Under the pieces are notes generated by a model that saw nothing but the letters and a program-made list of their open reading frames with translations, ran no database searches and was not told where the DNA came from. Position numbers and translations under genes: made by a program. Source: Eledone cirrhosa (Eukaryota). From it: a stretch of 29,240 nt of DNA. This document shows, one piece after another, positions 1-11,007 of the stretch. Numbering within the stretch: position 1 is the first letter of the stretch; each line of letters starts with the position of its first letter. The stretch lies in assembly GCA_964016885.1 (NCBI GenBank), contig CAXHJY010001761.1:1-29240 (forward strand), written 5' to 3'.

Positions 1-1250
1 ATCAAGCATAAAATCTCGAAAATAATACCCTATGATTTCTTCCGACTTATCGTGTGTTATAGTTCCCAAGTTTTCACTGTTCTCTTATATACACATATTC
101 AATTTGCATACACGTCATATTTCAAACCGAAACATAAAAGGAATACAACTGTCAACTTTGACACAAATAAATTGGAAAAGTGTAAAAAATAGAAAATAAA
201 AATAAAGAGAATTTTCTTTCTCATCAACAGTAGAAATTATATTTTTTATATTTGAAGTTGTAGGACAGATGTTTTCTGTTAAACAAGTGAGATGTTTTTA
301 GACAAACCTTCATTGACATTGTAACTTATTCCCGGTTGTTTATGAACAAGCACCATCTAAGCCTAAGTATAGAATTATGTGAATTTATGTCCTATTTTAT
401 AGTCGCAAATAATCGCATTTACATAACATAATACTTTCATTATTAAAATAAATAAATAAATAAATAAAGAAAGAAACCATTATTAAATTCTTTCGTTTTT
501 AACAATCATTCATTAACACATTTTACTTATAATCATTATTAAATACTTTCATGTATACACTATCTGATATAAAATCACTTGCCAAACAAGCACACAAAAT
601 CGCATGTAACAGTGTTAGCCACCATGCCATACGCCTTGCCAAAAGCAATGAAATAGCTTATTCTCTGGTGTTTGTTCCTTGTTAAACTAAATTTTAGCGG
701 TAAAACCCAGCTACGGTATCTGCCACATTTAATAAGTGATTTGGAGGTAAAACATTGTTTGGAGGACGTGGCATGATTCAATATATGGCAATGATTGATA
801 GTTGAAAAAGAATGCATTCAACAATGAAATTATTATGTTGCATACTTTCGATTTTCTTTTAAATCCCATTTATTTACGACGATAGAATAGAATTTAACTT
901 CAAGTTATTCTTCAGGTAGTCCAGCCTTCTTACTTGTAATTAGGTATGATGATTGGTACACTTCACATTTGTAAATAGAGAGCACTCCATAATCGACGAC
1001 TGTTCCTTTGACATGTAGTGCTTGGTTCAAAATCTTGTGTATGTCTATAATAAAATGCGTTCAACCTGCAGCTTTCCAGTCATATTTTTTCTGGTATAAT
1101 GCAGAGGTTCGACGAGCTTTAGATTCGAGAGTTCGGATAGATCGATACAGATCGAACTTTGAGCTGATCAATAGTGAAACGCGCGTCACTACTCAATAGA
1201 CGTAATGAAGACATAACAAATCGTCCTTTTTATTATATATATATATATAT

Positions 1251-1974
1251 AAACAATTAAGTTAAAAATGTACATCCACATATGTATACTGAAATACTAG
1301 TATGCATATGAATACACACACGTATACATATGTAGATGTACCAAGTCTTTCACTGGTTACTTTACTGTGAGTATCCAGCTATTCTGTATGTAAACACACA
1401 GACAAACCGGTTTTTAGAGTCATACTGGTTTTTGAGGAAACACCTTTCCTCTATTCTCCAGAAAGCCAGACAAGGAATATTGAACTAGTTTCGTTGTTGT
1501 TACAACTCATCAGCAATATTTACCTATCTACCGGCCTTTCTGGAGAATCGTAAAAGCACATATCGTTATATGCTTTTTCTATGAAAATTAGTAGTGGGCA
1601 GACTAATTTGCATAGAGTGTGAGTACGTACCGGTTCAACGGAGACGATAAAAACAAATAACGAAACGAAATTAAATTTCGTTTCGTTTGTAACTCACTTT
1701 TGTATGACTGACGCTTAAACAATTAAGTTAAAAATGTACATCCACATATGTATACATGTGTGTTTACATACAGAATAGCTGGATACTCACAGTAAAGTAA
1801 CCAGTGAAAGACTTGGTACATCTACATATGTATACGTGTGTGTATTCATATGCATACTAGTATTTCAGTATACATATGTGGATGTACATTTTTAACTCAA
1901 TTGTTTAAGCGTCAGTCATACAAAAGTGAGTTACAAACGAAACGAAATTTAATTTCGTTTCGTTATTTGTTTTT
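1251..1974 (-). mobile_element. Non-coding hammerhead-bearing element (retrozyme-like / non-autonomous PLE), ~466 bp unit plus inverted copy
   Basis: AAACAATTAAGTTAAAAATGTACATCCACATATGTATAC occurs at 1251 and 1717 (unit ~466 bp). 1757-1974 is the reverse complement of 1251-1400 and 1648-1755. It contains a hammerhead, has no ORF and is flanked by (TA)n on both sides. Confidence 0.75.
1476..1520 (-). ncRNA. Type I minimal hammerhead ribozyme
   Basis: Minus strand reads AAUAUUG CUGAUGA GUUG uaacaa CAAC GAAA CUAG UU^ CAAUAUU: 7-bp stem I, canonical core, 4-bp stem II, palindromic ACUAGU stem III. Confidence 0.9.
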
Positions 1975-2053
1975 ATATATATATATATATATATATATAA
2001 GTTAAAGGAAGAAGAGTAACATGGTTGGCTGTACAATAAGGGATTCATTTAAA

Positions 2054-2164
2054 GAACTGACAATTGTTTCGTTAATCAGGTGTGCCTAGAGTTCGCTAAT
2101 CACTTGAGGTTGCGTCAATCGATCTCCAATACATTGTTTACCACTTGTCAACACATCAGAGCGC
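2054..2164 (-). ncRNA. Degenerate hammerhead-like motif with long stem II
   Basis: GCU CUGAUGU GUUGA...~80 nt...UUAAC GAAA CAAUUG UC^ AGU. It has A9U in the core and a palindromic ACAAUUGU stem III. The inverted copy near 3245 lacks the GAAAC half. Confidence 0.55.
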
Positions 2165-2783
2165 ATAGATATGAAAATAATTCACTCGAAGCAAGACTTA
2201 TATAGAGGAGTAGCGTAAAACAAAACAATAACATCAATAATAGAGCAGCGTATAATTAAAACAATAACATCAATAATAAAACATGTATGGTAAATAGATA
2301 GAGAAGTTACAGATGTAAAAAGTGACAAGATACAATGTAGGGTACATTAAAAAAAAATAATAATAATAAGAAAATGAGGAAAAGGAAAATACAAAGAAAT
2401 AAAAGAAATGAAAGAGTGATATGTTGTACTTAGAGTTAGATTTTAGTAGTTCCTAATAAAGTGTTCCTTGGTGCTAACATGAGAGGCCAGATTTTAGAAG
2501 TAGATACATTTTTGTGGAGGGTCCGGTAAAATAGAAAACAATAAAATAGAGATTAATTGGTGTATACTATTTATGGGTTGACAGGTCATTTGATAAACGT
2601 TCGTTGTAGATGTTGGTCGCTCTATCTTAATGAGGTTCATGGAGGTAGGGTGGAATAAGTGTACAGAGATTTATGGTCCTGTGATCGGTTGGCAGTATGA
2701 TAGCTAATAGCGGTGTGAAAGTATGTATTCTATATGTTAAAGTCTAGGTGGTTCAGTACTAATTTTGGGATTGGTGATTCGAA

Positions 2784-3109
2784 TCATTGTGGTTTGAAGT
2801 TTGTAAATGTAGTAGCTATTTTATGCCTACAAAAAATGGATCTTTCTATTTTGCTGTTAAGCAGCATCTTATCGTACCTTAAAATATGTAGCAGTTCTAA
2901 ATTACAGAGCCCGCAGTGGGACATACCGTTGCTGTAGGATTTTGCTGCCGATAATTTTGACCAGCTAATCTTGTATTCTAGGTTTTTGTCCTTAAGCTGC
3001 CAGATTTTATTGGCGAGCATTGTAGAATTCTCCAGTGCACGGTTTTTCATGGAGTGTCTGTGGACGTACCACCTTTTAAACTCCCCAGCTGTGGAACCTA
3101 TGTAGTGCC
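2784..3109 (-). pseudogene. GIY-YIG endonuclease fragment of a PLE
   Basis: HYIGSTAGEFKRWYVHRHSMK...STMLANKIWQLK...ISWSKL...CGLCNLE...LLNSKIE...CRH shows the YIG motif, CxxCxxE and LLN...CxH of PLE endonucleases. Confidence 0.85.
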
Positions 3110-3547
3110 AACCGATCACAGGATCATAAATCTCTGTACACTTATTCCACCCTCTCTCCATCAACGTCATTGATGTTATTGTTTTGTTTTATGCTACTCC
3201 TCTATATAAGTCTTGCCTCGAGTGAATTATTTTCTTATCTATGCGCTCTGATGTGTTGACAAGTGGTAAACAATGTATTGGAGATCGATTGACGCAACCT
3301 CAAGCGATTAGCGAACTCTAGACACACTTTAAATGAAGTACTTTAAATAAAGCCCTTATTTTACAGCCATCCATGTTACTCTTCTTCCTTTAACTTTTAT
3401 TACTCCAAATATAACCTGCACAGAAATTTCCGCGAACTCGCTGCATAACTATGGAAACATCTTGTTGAGTCAAACAAAGCCGTACGTTAAAACCATCCAC
3501 AACGTAGAGTACTCTAACCGGATTACCTATAACGATAACTTGTTATT

Positions 3548-3620
<73 letters not shown>

Positions 3621-3623
<3 letters not shown>

Positions 3624-4523
3624 ATAATAATAAATTTGAAGACTAAAATCCAAAGAGGGTTCGATAAGGATATATATATATAACAAATATATAAGAACCT
3701 AACCTCTGTCATTTTCGTTCTACAAATTTATTTACATTATTCTTAACTCTAAAGCCGAGAATCATTCGGTTTCCTAAATAGAATATTTGTCTACGACTTC
3801 ATTTATAACATACACGTGGTTTTGTCTTTGCGTGTAATTGTTCTCATCGATTTACATAATGACGTATTATCTTCGCTTTTTTCCGTTCATTGCCAGGGAA
3901 CGTCTTCACGAACCAAAGTATAGTCTTCCTGTTTTCCTTCGGTTGCAACGTTTTTCGAAATATTTACTTCTGCATTCACAGATTTATTTTTTTTAGTTTC
4001 AGAAGATCCCGTTAAGGGTGAAAGCAGCGATTCTTTGCTTAAACTTTAATCTGTTATTTTAATATATATATATATATACTTTGTGTGTCCGTGCTTGTAT
4101 TTGTATACCTATGGCGAGTGTTTTCGTGTATGCTTGAGTATGTACGTATATGGATGCGTGTATGTATTTATTTAATTTCAATTACTTCTGTATTTTATTT
4201 ACTTTATTCTTAACTCTGAAGCCGAGAATCATTCGGTTTCCTAGTTAGAATTTTAGTCTACGACTTCAGTTATACCATTTACGTGGTTTTGTCTTTGCGT
4301 GTAATTGTTTTTCAATGCTCCAAATAATGACGTATTATCTTCGTTTTTTCCCGTTCTTTGCCAGGGAACGTTTCCACGAACCAAAGTATCATCTTCCTGT
4401 CTTCCTCCGGTTGCAACGTTATTTGAAATATTTACTTCTGCATTCACAGATTGACTTTTTTAGTTTCAGAAGATCCCGTTAAGGGTGAAAGCAGCGATTC
4501 TTTGCTTAAACTTTAATCTGTTA

Positions 4524-4530
<7 letters not shown>
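3621..4530 (+). mobile_element. Non-coding tandem element, ~467 bp period, with decayed hammerhead-like motif in each repeat
   Basis: ~3737-4063 is repeated at ~4204-4530. CAGAAGA UCCC guuaa GGGU GAAA sits at 4000 and 4467. The element is flanked by (TA)n, and a related fragment lies at 9523-9638. Confidence 0.65.
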
Positions 4531-4585
<55 letters not shown>

Positions 4586-4675
4586 TAGAAGTGGTATTTA
4601 ATTTGTTGGAAGTCCGACAAACATAAATGTTTATAACTGATTTAGAGCACTCAACTGATTACTGGAGTAAATATT

Positions 4676-4878
4676 CAATAATATTAAATAAATGGATACT
4701 ATATTTATAAAACTATATTTATTTTATTATATATATTTCAAGGGTAACCAAGAAAACATTGGTACGCTTTCATACAAACTTTGTATTTTATCTGATGAAT
4801 GCGTACCAATGTTATCTTGGTTACCCTTGAAATATATATAATAAAATAAATATGGTTTTAATATCATTTATTTAATAT

Positions 4879-4883
<5 letters not shown>
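4676..4883. repeat. Fold-back inverted repeat between (TA)n tracts
   Basis: TTTCAAGGGTAACCAAGAAAACATTGGTACGC pairs with GCGTACCAATGTTATCTTGGTTACCCTTGAAA; arms ~90 bp, spacer ~30 bp. Confidence 0.8.
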
Positions 4884-4922
<39 letters not shown>

Positions 4923-5219
4923 GGATACTATTTATAGTTATGTATATTTTAAACTTTTTATAGTTATGTATATTTTAAACCATAAACAGGGAAGGTCAGT
5001 AATTTATTACTACCTTATTACCAGTAAGATATATAGCTCAATGTAATAACATCAGTTGTTCTACAGAACAGTTATATATAATTCACAAGAATCAAAGCTA
5101 TGTTCAAAGCATTTATTCACTTACAACTGTTTCATCCAAACCTAGGCTTGATGTCTTCGGAGCATTTTTCAATGTTTGTACATATAATTGACCTCCTATC
5201 CAACGCAAGAGACATGCAG

Positions 5220-5299
<80 letters not shown>

Positions 5300-6104
5300 A
5301 TGTACAGTGGAGTGACATATATTATACTATACTATATTTGTACAGCAATTCAAATTCAAAATCAAAATCAAAATTAAAATTAAAATTAAAATACATTCGG
5401 CAGATAACACAGATAATGCAAGAGGGTATTTTGATAGTCAGCTCTAGTAGGTAGTGTAAGCGTTAGTTACACATGGAGCATGCAAGTGTGTCTCATTTAT
5501 ATACGATTATTGTGTGGCAAGGTGTTACATGTAATACAAGCACTTTAAGCGGGTAAGCAAGAGTATTATGGTGGTTGGAGTGGTAGGGTATTTTTTGTAT
5601 AGATCAAAAAAGTATGTGTGCAGAAAAAGAAACAGAAAAAGAAAAAGAAAAAGAAAAAGAAAAAGAAAAAGAAAGTTATAGTTTTCGCATCCACCACCAT
5701 TTTCACATTCAGAAGAAGGAAGAAATAGTTTTTACATCCATCACATAAGTTACGATGATTCCGTATTGAATGTTTGATGCATTAAATTAAGTTATTGTAG
5801 CGTATTGAGGCTCAGTGTTATTTAATCCATATTTATAGAATAGGTTCTTTCTGCTGCGAGAATTTACAGTGGTTTATTACCCGGAAGTAGGTGTGTAACT
5901 AAGGGGAGTTAATGCGTAAGGGGAGGTAACTAGCTAATTCTCATAACTAAATTCATTGTTCTAACATACATTATATGGTGCCTCAATTGAGTCCCTTATA
6001 TAAAAGGTTATATATTTATATCTAATTTTCAATTTTAAATACATTCTACTCTATCATAATGTATTAAAGGTATCTATAGGAAGTTGATTACTCTTTCTTA
6101 TATA

Positions 6105-6290
6105 GGTGGATTGGCAGTATCAGTAGAGGGTCGGACGCCATGCTTTCCAGTTAAGTTACGTCCCTTTACGATCTGAGTTCAAATCCCGCCGAGGTTGACT
6201 TTGCCTTTCATCCTTACGGGGTCGATAAAATAAAGTACCAGTAATGCACTGGATAATTGCTGGCCTTGTGCCTAAAGTAGAGACAATTAT
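6105..6290 (+). mobile_element. tRNA-derived SINE (cephalopod-type family 1)
   Basis: A-box-like TGGCAGTATCAGTAG, B-box GAGTTCAAATCCC, central GCCTTTCATCCTTACGGGGTCGATAAAATAAAGTACC and an ATT tail; multiple copies in the window. Confidence 0.9.
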
Positions 6291-6753
6291 ATAGTGCTAT
6301 AATTGAATTTTCCATACAAAGTGCCATATCTTTATATCAAAGTTCACTGTAAATACAGTCTACTCTCAAAACATATCAGAGGACCTATTAGAATTTTGTC
6401 TACATAACTCCTGATAAGTTATGGAGCAGCGTATGGCTGTTTGCATGACAAAATCAAATACATCTCTTGGGTAGACAAATACATCCATTATTTACAATGT
6501 CATTAATCCATCCATCAAGTTATACTTGCATATATAATTCATATATAATTCATTGCACCACCCTACATATGAGTTAGACAGATCCCTTATGTTAATAAAT
6601 TAATCCTATATACATTTAATTCCAATTGCATATATAATTCACTGCCGTATCTAGTATTTAAAGTTTATATAGACTGTATTATATTTCTATCACTATATAA
6701 TTATAAGTAATTGAAAGTAATTATATTAAAAGTTGGTGTTTATGAGGATATTT

Positions 6754-7400
6754 CTAGGGTATAAAGTTATAGATAGATAGAATGATTTGTGTCGATGGAA
6801 GGGTGTCGAGAGAGTGTGGTGTAGTGGTGTAAGGCATGCCCTTGAGGTGTGGTGTTAGAAGCGGTGATGGGTTCAAGTCTGACATTGTTATATATTGGGT
6901 TTAAAGTTTTGGAAGGAGTGCCGGAAGCGGTGTTGGCACGACGCAAACACTTCCCATTTTTTATTAAGGAGGTTAAGGTTCGAGAAGATTATAGTATGGG
7001 TCTCTAGTAGACAGAGGTTACAGAATTTATTAGGTGGTCTGTACGATGCCGCCTTACCTATCACTTCCCATTGAAGTGTATATGATCTATTTCTAGTTTT
7101 CAGATAGTGTATGTAGCTAGATAGTGAAGTGGAATTGGCTAGACTGTATTTTTTGAAAGAAAGGAGATGTGAATTGTATCTGGTTTTGAAGCAGTTCGAA
7201 GTAGAGCATATATAGGTTTCAGAAGAGTTGCTAGTTCTGACCGTGCATGAGTAGATGATGTCCTTGATTAAGCAGTTTTTATCTAAAGGGCAGGTTCTAT
7301 TAGATCTACAGTTACAATTATTTTGGATGGTACCCTGTCGGTTATTATGTTGTGTAGAGGTCTGGTTGCTAGGTATTGCATTATGGCTATGGGGGTTGTT
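6754..7400 (-). pseudogene. Complete PLE GIY-YIG endonuclease domain, 5'-truncated (no Met, so absent from the ORF track)
   Basis: Manual translation gives CNCRSNRTCPLDKNCLIKDIIYSCTV...ETYICSTSNCFKTRYNSHLLSFK...STSLSSYIHYLK...LQWEVIGKAASY...CNLCLLE...LLNKKWEVFASCQH, open to TAG at 6754. Confidence 0.9.
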
Positions 7401-7813
7401 GCTTACCCGCTTAAAGTGCTTGCATTACATGTAACACCTTGCCACACAATAATCGTATATAATTGAGACATACTTGCATGCCCCATGTGTAACTAACGCA
7501 TACACTACCTATTAGATCTAACTATCAAAATACCCTCTTGCATTATCTGTGTTATCTGCCGAATGTATTTTAATTTTAATTTTGATTTTGAATTTGAATT
7601 GCTGTACAAATATAGTATAGTATAATATATGTCACTCCACTGTACATCAATATATATATATATATATGTATCTGTATGTTTCTTGCGTTGGATAGGAGGT
7701 CAATTATATGTACAAAAATGCTCCGAAGACACCAAGCCTAGGTTTGGATGGAACAATTGTAAGTGAATAAATGCTTTGAACATAGCTTTGATTCTTGTGA
7801 ATTCTATATATAT

Positions 7814-7876
<63 letters not shown>

Positions 7877-8026
7877 ATAAGATAATAATACTTGAGTGCA
7901 TTAGAGTTAAATACACTCGTCGTATTAGAGAAATGACAGTATAAGATATAGCTCAATGTTATCAAACAGAGCCGAAAAATTATATAAAATTAACAAAGAA
8001 GCCTTTAATACATTAAAAATCTTTAT

Positions 8027-8071
8027 TTGCTGACAATGTTTCGTCCCATTAATTAGGACTCATCAGAGCAA
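8027..8071 (-). ncRNA. Type I hammerhead ribozyme (canonical core)
   Basis: UUGCU CUGAUGA GUCCUA auuaa UGGGAC GAAA C auu G UC^ AGCAA, followed by AAUAAA. Confidence 0.93.
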
Positions 8072-9378
8072 GGAAAAAGACAAGAAATATCATCGGCTAG
8101 AACAATCCAAAATTCAGAAGAATAGCGAATGGATATTTAGGAACATTTAGGAAAATTATCATGGAAAGACATGTTAAACCTAATAGGGTGCATTTGTAAA
8201 TAAAAACTATAGGGCAAGAGAGCAAGCAAACATTAAACAAACCCACGTTAAAAGTACAATATAAGTCTAATACTTGAAATACAACATAGTAATATAATGC
8301 GAGAAATAAGATATAAAAATTATAATATAAAATACAATACAATACAATACATAATACAGAAATAAAACTTAATATATATATATATATATCTACACGCACT
8401 CCGACACATATATACACACACACATATACACATTTTCACATACACATATTAACACAAATATATAAATATAAGCATTATAATAGAATAATCACCCTGACGG
8501 TGTGATTAAACAATACTAAAATCAATGAAAATAATATACTGACATTAAAATATATAAATACATACAACGTACCATGCAAAGTCAACAAAACATGTATAAA
8601 AACATAATGTATTCCACAGGGTAAAAAATAATACCATAAAATAAAATAAAGTATAGTGAAAAAAAAAATATATATATATATAATAGACAATAAATATACG
8701 GAGATATAGGCAATTCAAATACATATAATATTACATATTAATATTTGAATACCAGACACATAATAGCAAGGGAGAAAGTTTTAAAACATATTTACACAAT
8801 ATATTCATCGACACAAGTGACAGAATAAGTGACCCTGTGGCATACATTATGTTTTTATACACGTTTTGTTGACTTTGCATGGTACGTTGTATGTATTTAT
8901 ATATTTTAATGTCAATATATTATTTTCATTGATTTTAGTATTGTTTAATCACACCGTCAGGGTGATTATTCTATTATAATGCTTATATTTATATATTTGT
9001 TTTAATATGTGTATGTGTAAATGTGTATATGTGTGTGTATATATATGTGTCGGAGTGCGTGTAGATATATATATATATTAAGTTTTATTTCTGTATTATG
9101 TATTGTATTGTATTGTATTTTATATTATAATTTTTATATCTTATTTCTCGCATTATATTACTATGTTGTATTTCAAGTATTAGACTTATATTGTACTTTT
9201 AACGTGGGTTTGTTTAATGTTTGCTTGCTCTCTTGCCCTATAGTTTTTATTTACAAATGCACCCTATTAGGTTTAACATGTCTTTCCATGATAATTTTCC
9301 TAAATGTTCCTAAATATCCATTCGCTATTCTTCTGAATTTTGGCTTGTTCTAGCCGATGATATTTCTTGTCTTTTTCC

Positions 9379-9423
9379 TTGCTCTGATGAGTCCTAATTA
9401 ATGGGACGAAACATTGTCAGCAA
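9379..9423 (+). ncRNA. Type I hammerhead ribozyme (canonical core)
   Basis: Identical to 8027-8071; predicted cleavage after C9418 (GUC). Confidence 0.93.
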
Positions 9424-9463
9424 ATAAAGATTTTTAATGTATTAAAGGCTTATTTGTTAATTT

Positions 9464-9525
<62 letters not shown>

Positions 9526-9636
9526 ATAATAATAAATTTGAAGACTAAAATACAAAGATCGCTCGATAAGCATAAATAAATATCAAATATATAAGAACCG
9601 TAGAGCAAATACTTATTAAAATAACAGATTAAAGTT

Positions 9637-9669
<33 letters not shown>

Positions 9670-9929
9670 GGCAAGAATGAAACGAAATTTCATTTCTCAC
9701 TCTTAGTACGGCTGTTACTTAAATATAAGTATGTATACGTACATACATATATGTATACAGACGTACAGTAGTATGTATATATATACATACATGCACACAT
9801 ATATTTTCCTAGTATGGATTTACCGAGCATTTATTATAATGCTCGGTTTGTTTGTAAACAAACATCCCGAATTAAACCGTACAGTGTTTAGCAACCATCG
9901 TTGCCCCTTTGTTCAACACTGACAAAGGA

Positions 9930-9972
9930 ACGATGTACTAGTTTCAAGCTTATTAGCTATCGTCAGCACCCT
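9930..9972 (-). ncRNA. Type I minimal hammerhead ribozyme
   Basis: GGUG CUGACGA U AGC uaauaa GCU U GAAA CUAG UA^ CAUC. Confidence 0.8.
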
Positions 9973-10550
9973 ATACCTTCCTGCTAGATGATTGAACGTC
10001 TGAAAGTATATACTTTCCTTATGCATATTAACGGCTGAACAGCCTAATTTACATATCGAGTGAGTTAATCGGCCGGGCGCACCGAAAAGGATAAATGGAA
10101 AAAATGAAACGAGCATTATAATAAATGCTCGGTAAATCGCTTGAAACTAGTAATCGTTCCTTTGTCAGTGTTGAACAAAAGGGAAACGATGGTTGCTAAA
10201 CACTGTACGGCTTAATTCGGGATGTTTGTTTACAAACAAACCGAGCATTATAATAAATGCTCGGTAAATCCATACGTACATATATATATATATGTGTGCA
10301 TGTATGTATATATATATATACATACTACTGTACGTCTGTATACATATATGTATGCACGTATACATACTTATATTTAAGTAACAGCCGTACTAAGAGTGAG
10401 AAATGAAATTTCGTTTCATTTTTTACATTTATCGTTTTCGGTGCGCCCGGCCGATTAACTCACTCGATATGCAAATTAGGCTGCTCAGCCGTTAATATGC
10501 ATAAGGAAACTATATACTTTCAGACGTTCTATCATCTGGCAGGAAGGTAT

Positions 10551-10593
10551 ACGGTGCTGACGATAGCTAATAAGCTTGAAACTAGTACATCGT
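10551..10593 (+). ncRNA. Type I minimal hammerhead ribozyme
   Basis: ACGGUG CUGACGA U AGC uaauaa GCU U GAAA CUAG UA^ CAUCGU: 6-bp stem I, palindromic ACUAGU, U.U at the base of stem II. Confidence 0.85.
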
Positions 10594-10796
10594 TCCTTTG
10601 TCAGTATTGAACAAAAGGGCAACGATGGTTGCTAAACACTGTACGGCTTAATTTGGGATGTTTGTTTACAAACAAACCGAGCATTATAATAAATGCTCGG
10701 TAAATCCATACGTACATATATATATATGTGTACATGTATGTATATATATACATACTACTGTACGTCTGTATACATATATGTATGTACGTATACATA

Positions 10797-10867
<71 letters not shown>

Positions 10868-10913
10868 CACATAAGAAACGGAGAGTCAGTGGTGCGACGG
10901 ATAAGATTTATTA

Positions 10914-11007
10914 GACATATTAAATCGTTTCTCTGGCGACCAGATCGAGGCACGATCGATGCAATGATCAAACCTGACTCTGAAATCGCAAGATCCTCGG
11001 ATATGTC
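10914..11007 (-). ncRNA. Degenerate hammerhead-like motif with long stem II
   Basis: GACAUAU CCGAGGA UCUUGCGAUU...GGUCGCCAGA GAAA CGAUUUA^ AUAUGUC, then AAUAAA. Perfect 7-bp stem I, U4C core, imperfect stem III. Confidence 0.6.

Larger units (their letters stand above)
1999..3396 (-). mobile_element. 5'-truncated Penelope-like element with inverted pseudo-LTR
   Basis: Inverted repeat ~1999-2240 / ~3168-3396 encloses a GIY-YIG C-terminal fragment and abuts (TA)n on the left. Confidence 0.85.
5078..7803 (-). mobile_element. 5'-truncated Penelope-like element with ~400-480 bp inverted pseudo-LTR, interrupted by a SINE
   Basis: ~5078-5560 is the reverse complement of ~7399-7803. It encloses a GIY-YIG frame at 6754-7400 and a long 3' region. 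A hammerhead-like motif (CCGAAGA core) lies at 5118-5164(-) and 7719-7765(+). Confidence 0.85.
7981..9470. mobile_element. Non-coding fold-back element: ~640 bp inverted arms, each with an outward-facing hammerhead
   Basis: ~7981-8622 is a near-identical reverse complement of ~8832-9470 with a ~210 bp spacer, which explains the twin ORFs 8097..8423(-) and 9021..9353(+). (TA)n lies on both sides. Confidence 0.9.
9662..10800. mobile_element. Retrozyme-like element: ~435 bp unit, ~1.5 tandem copies (+) preceded by an inverted copy (-)
   Basis: TTGAAACTAGTA at 10141 and 10576. ~9677-10110 is the reverse complement of a permuted unit. It has no real ORF, is flanked by (TA)n, and a second insertion lies at 22702-23652. 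Confidence 0.85.

Noticed and set aside
575-817. 80 aa ORF, possible host exon
   Set aside because: No recognisable motif or splice support.
4215-4275. Minus-strand CUGAAGU...GAAACCGA hammerhead-like string
   Set aside because: No stem I and no UH cleavage site.
4755-4815. Possible hammerhead in the fold-back loop (CTGATGAA on plus; CAGATAA...GAAAGCGTA on minus)
   Set aside because: The core and GAAA halves do not assemble with valid stems on one strand.
6105-6190. tRNA gene
   Set aside because: The A/B boxes belong to a multi-copy SINE head; no full cloverleaf.
8097-9353. Twin hydrophobic ~110 aa ORFs on opposite strands
   Set aside because: They arise from the inverted repeat in T-rich sequence, with no protein motif. 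Coding cannot be fully excluded.
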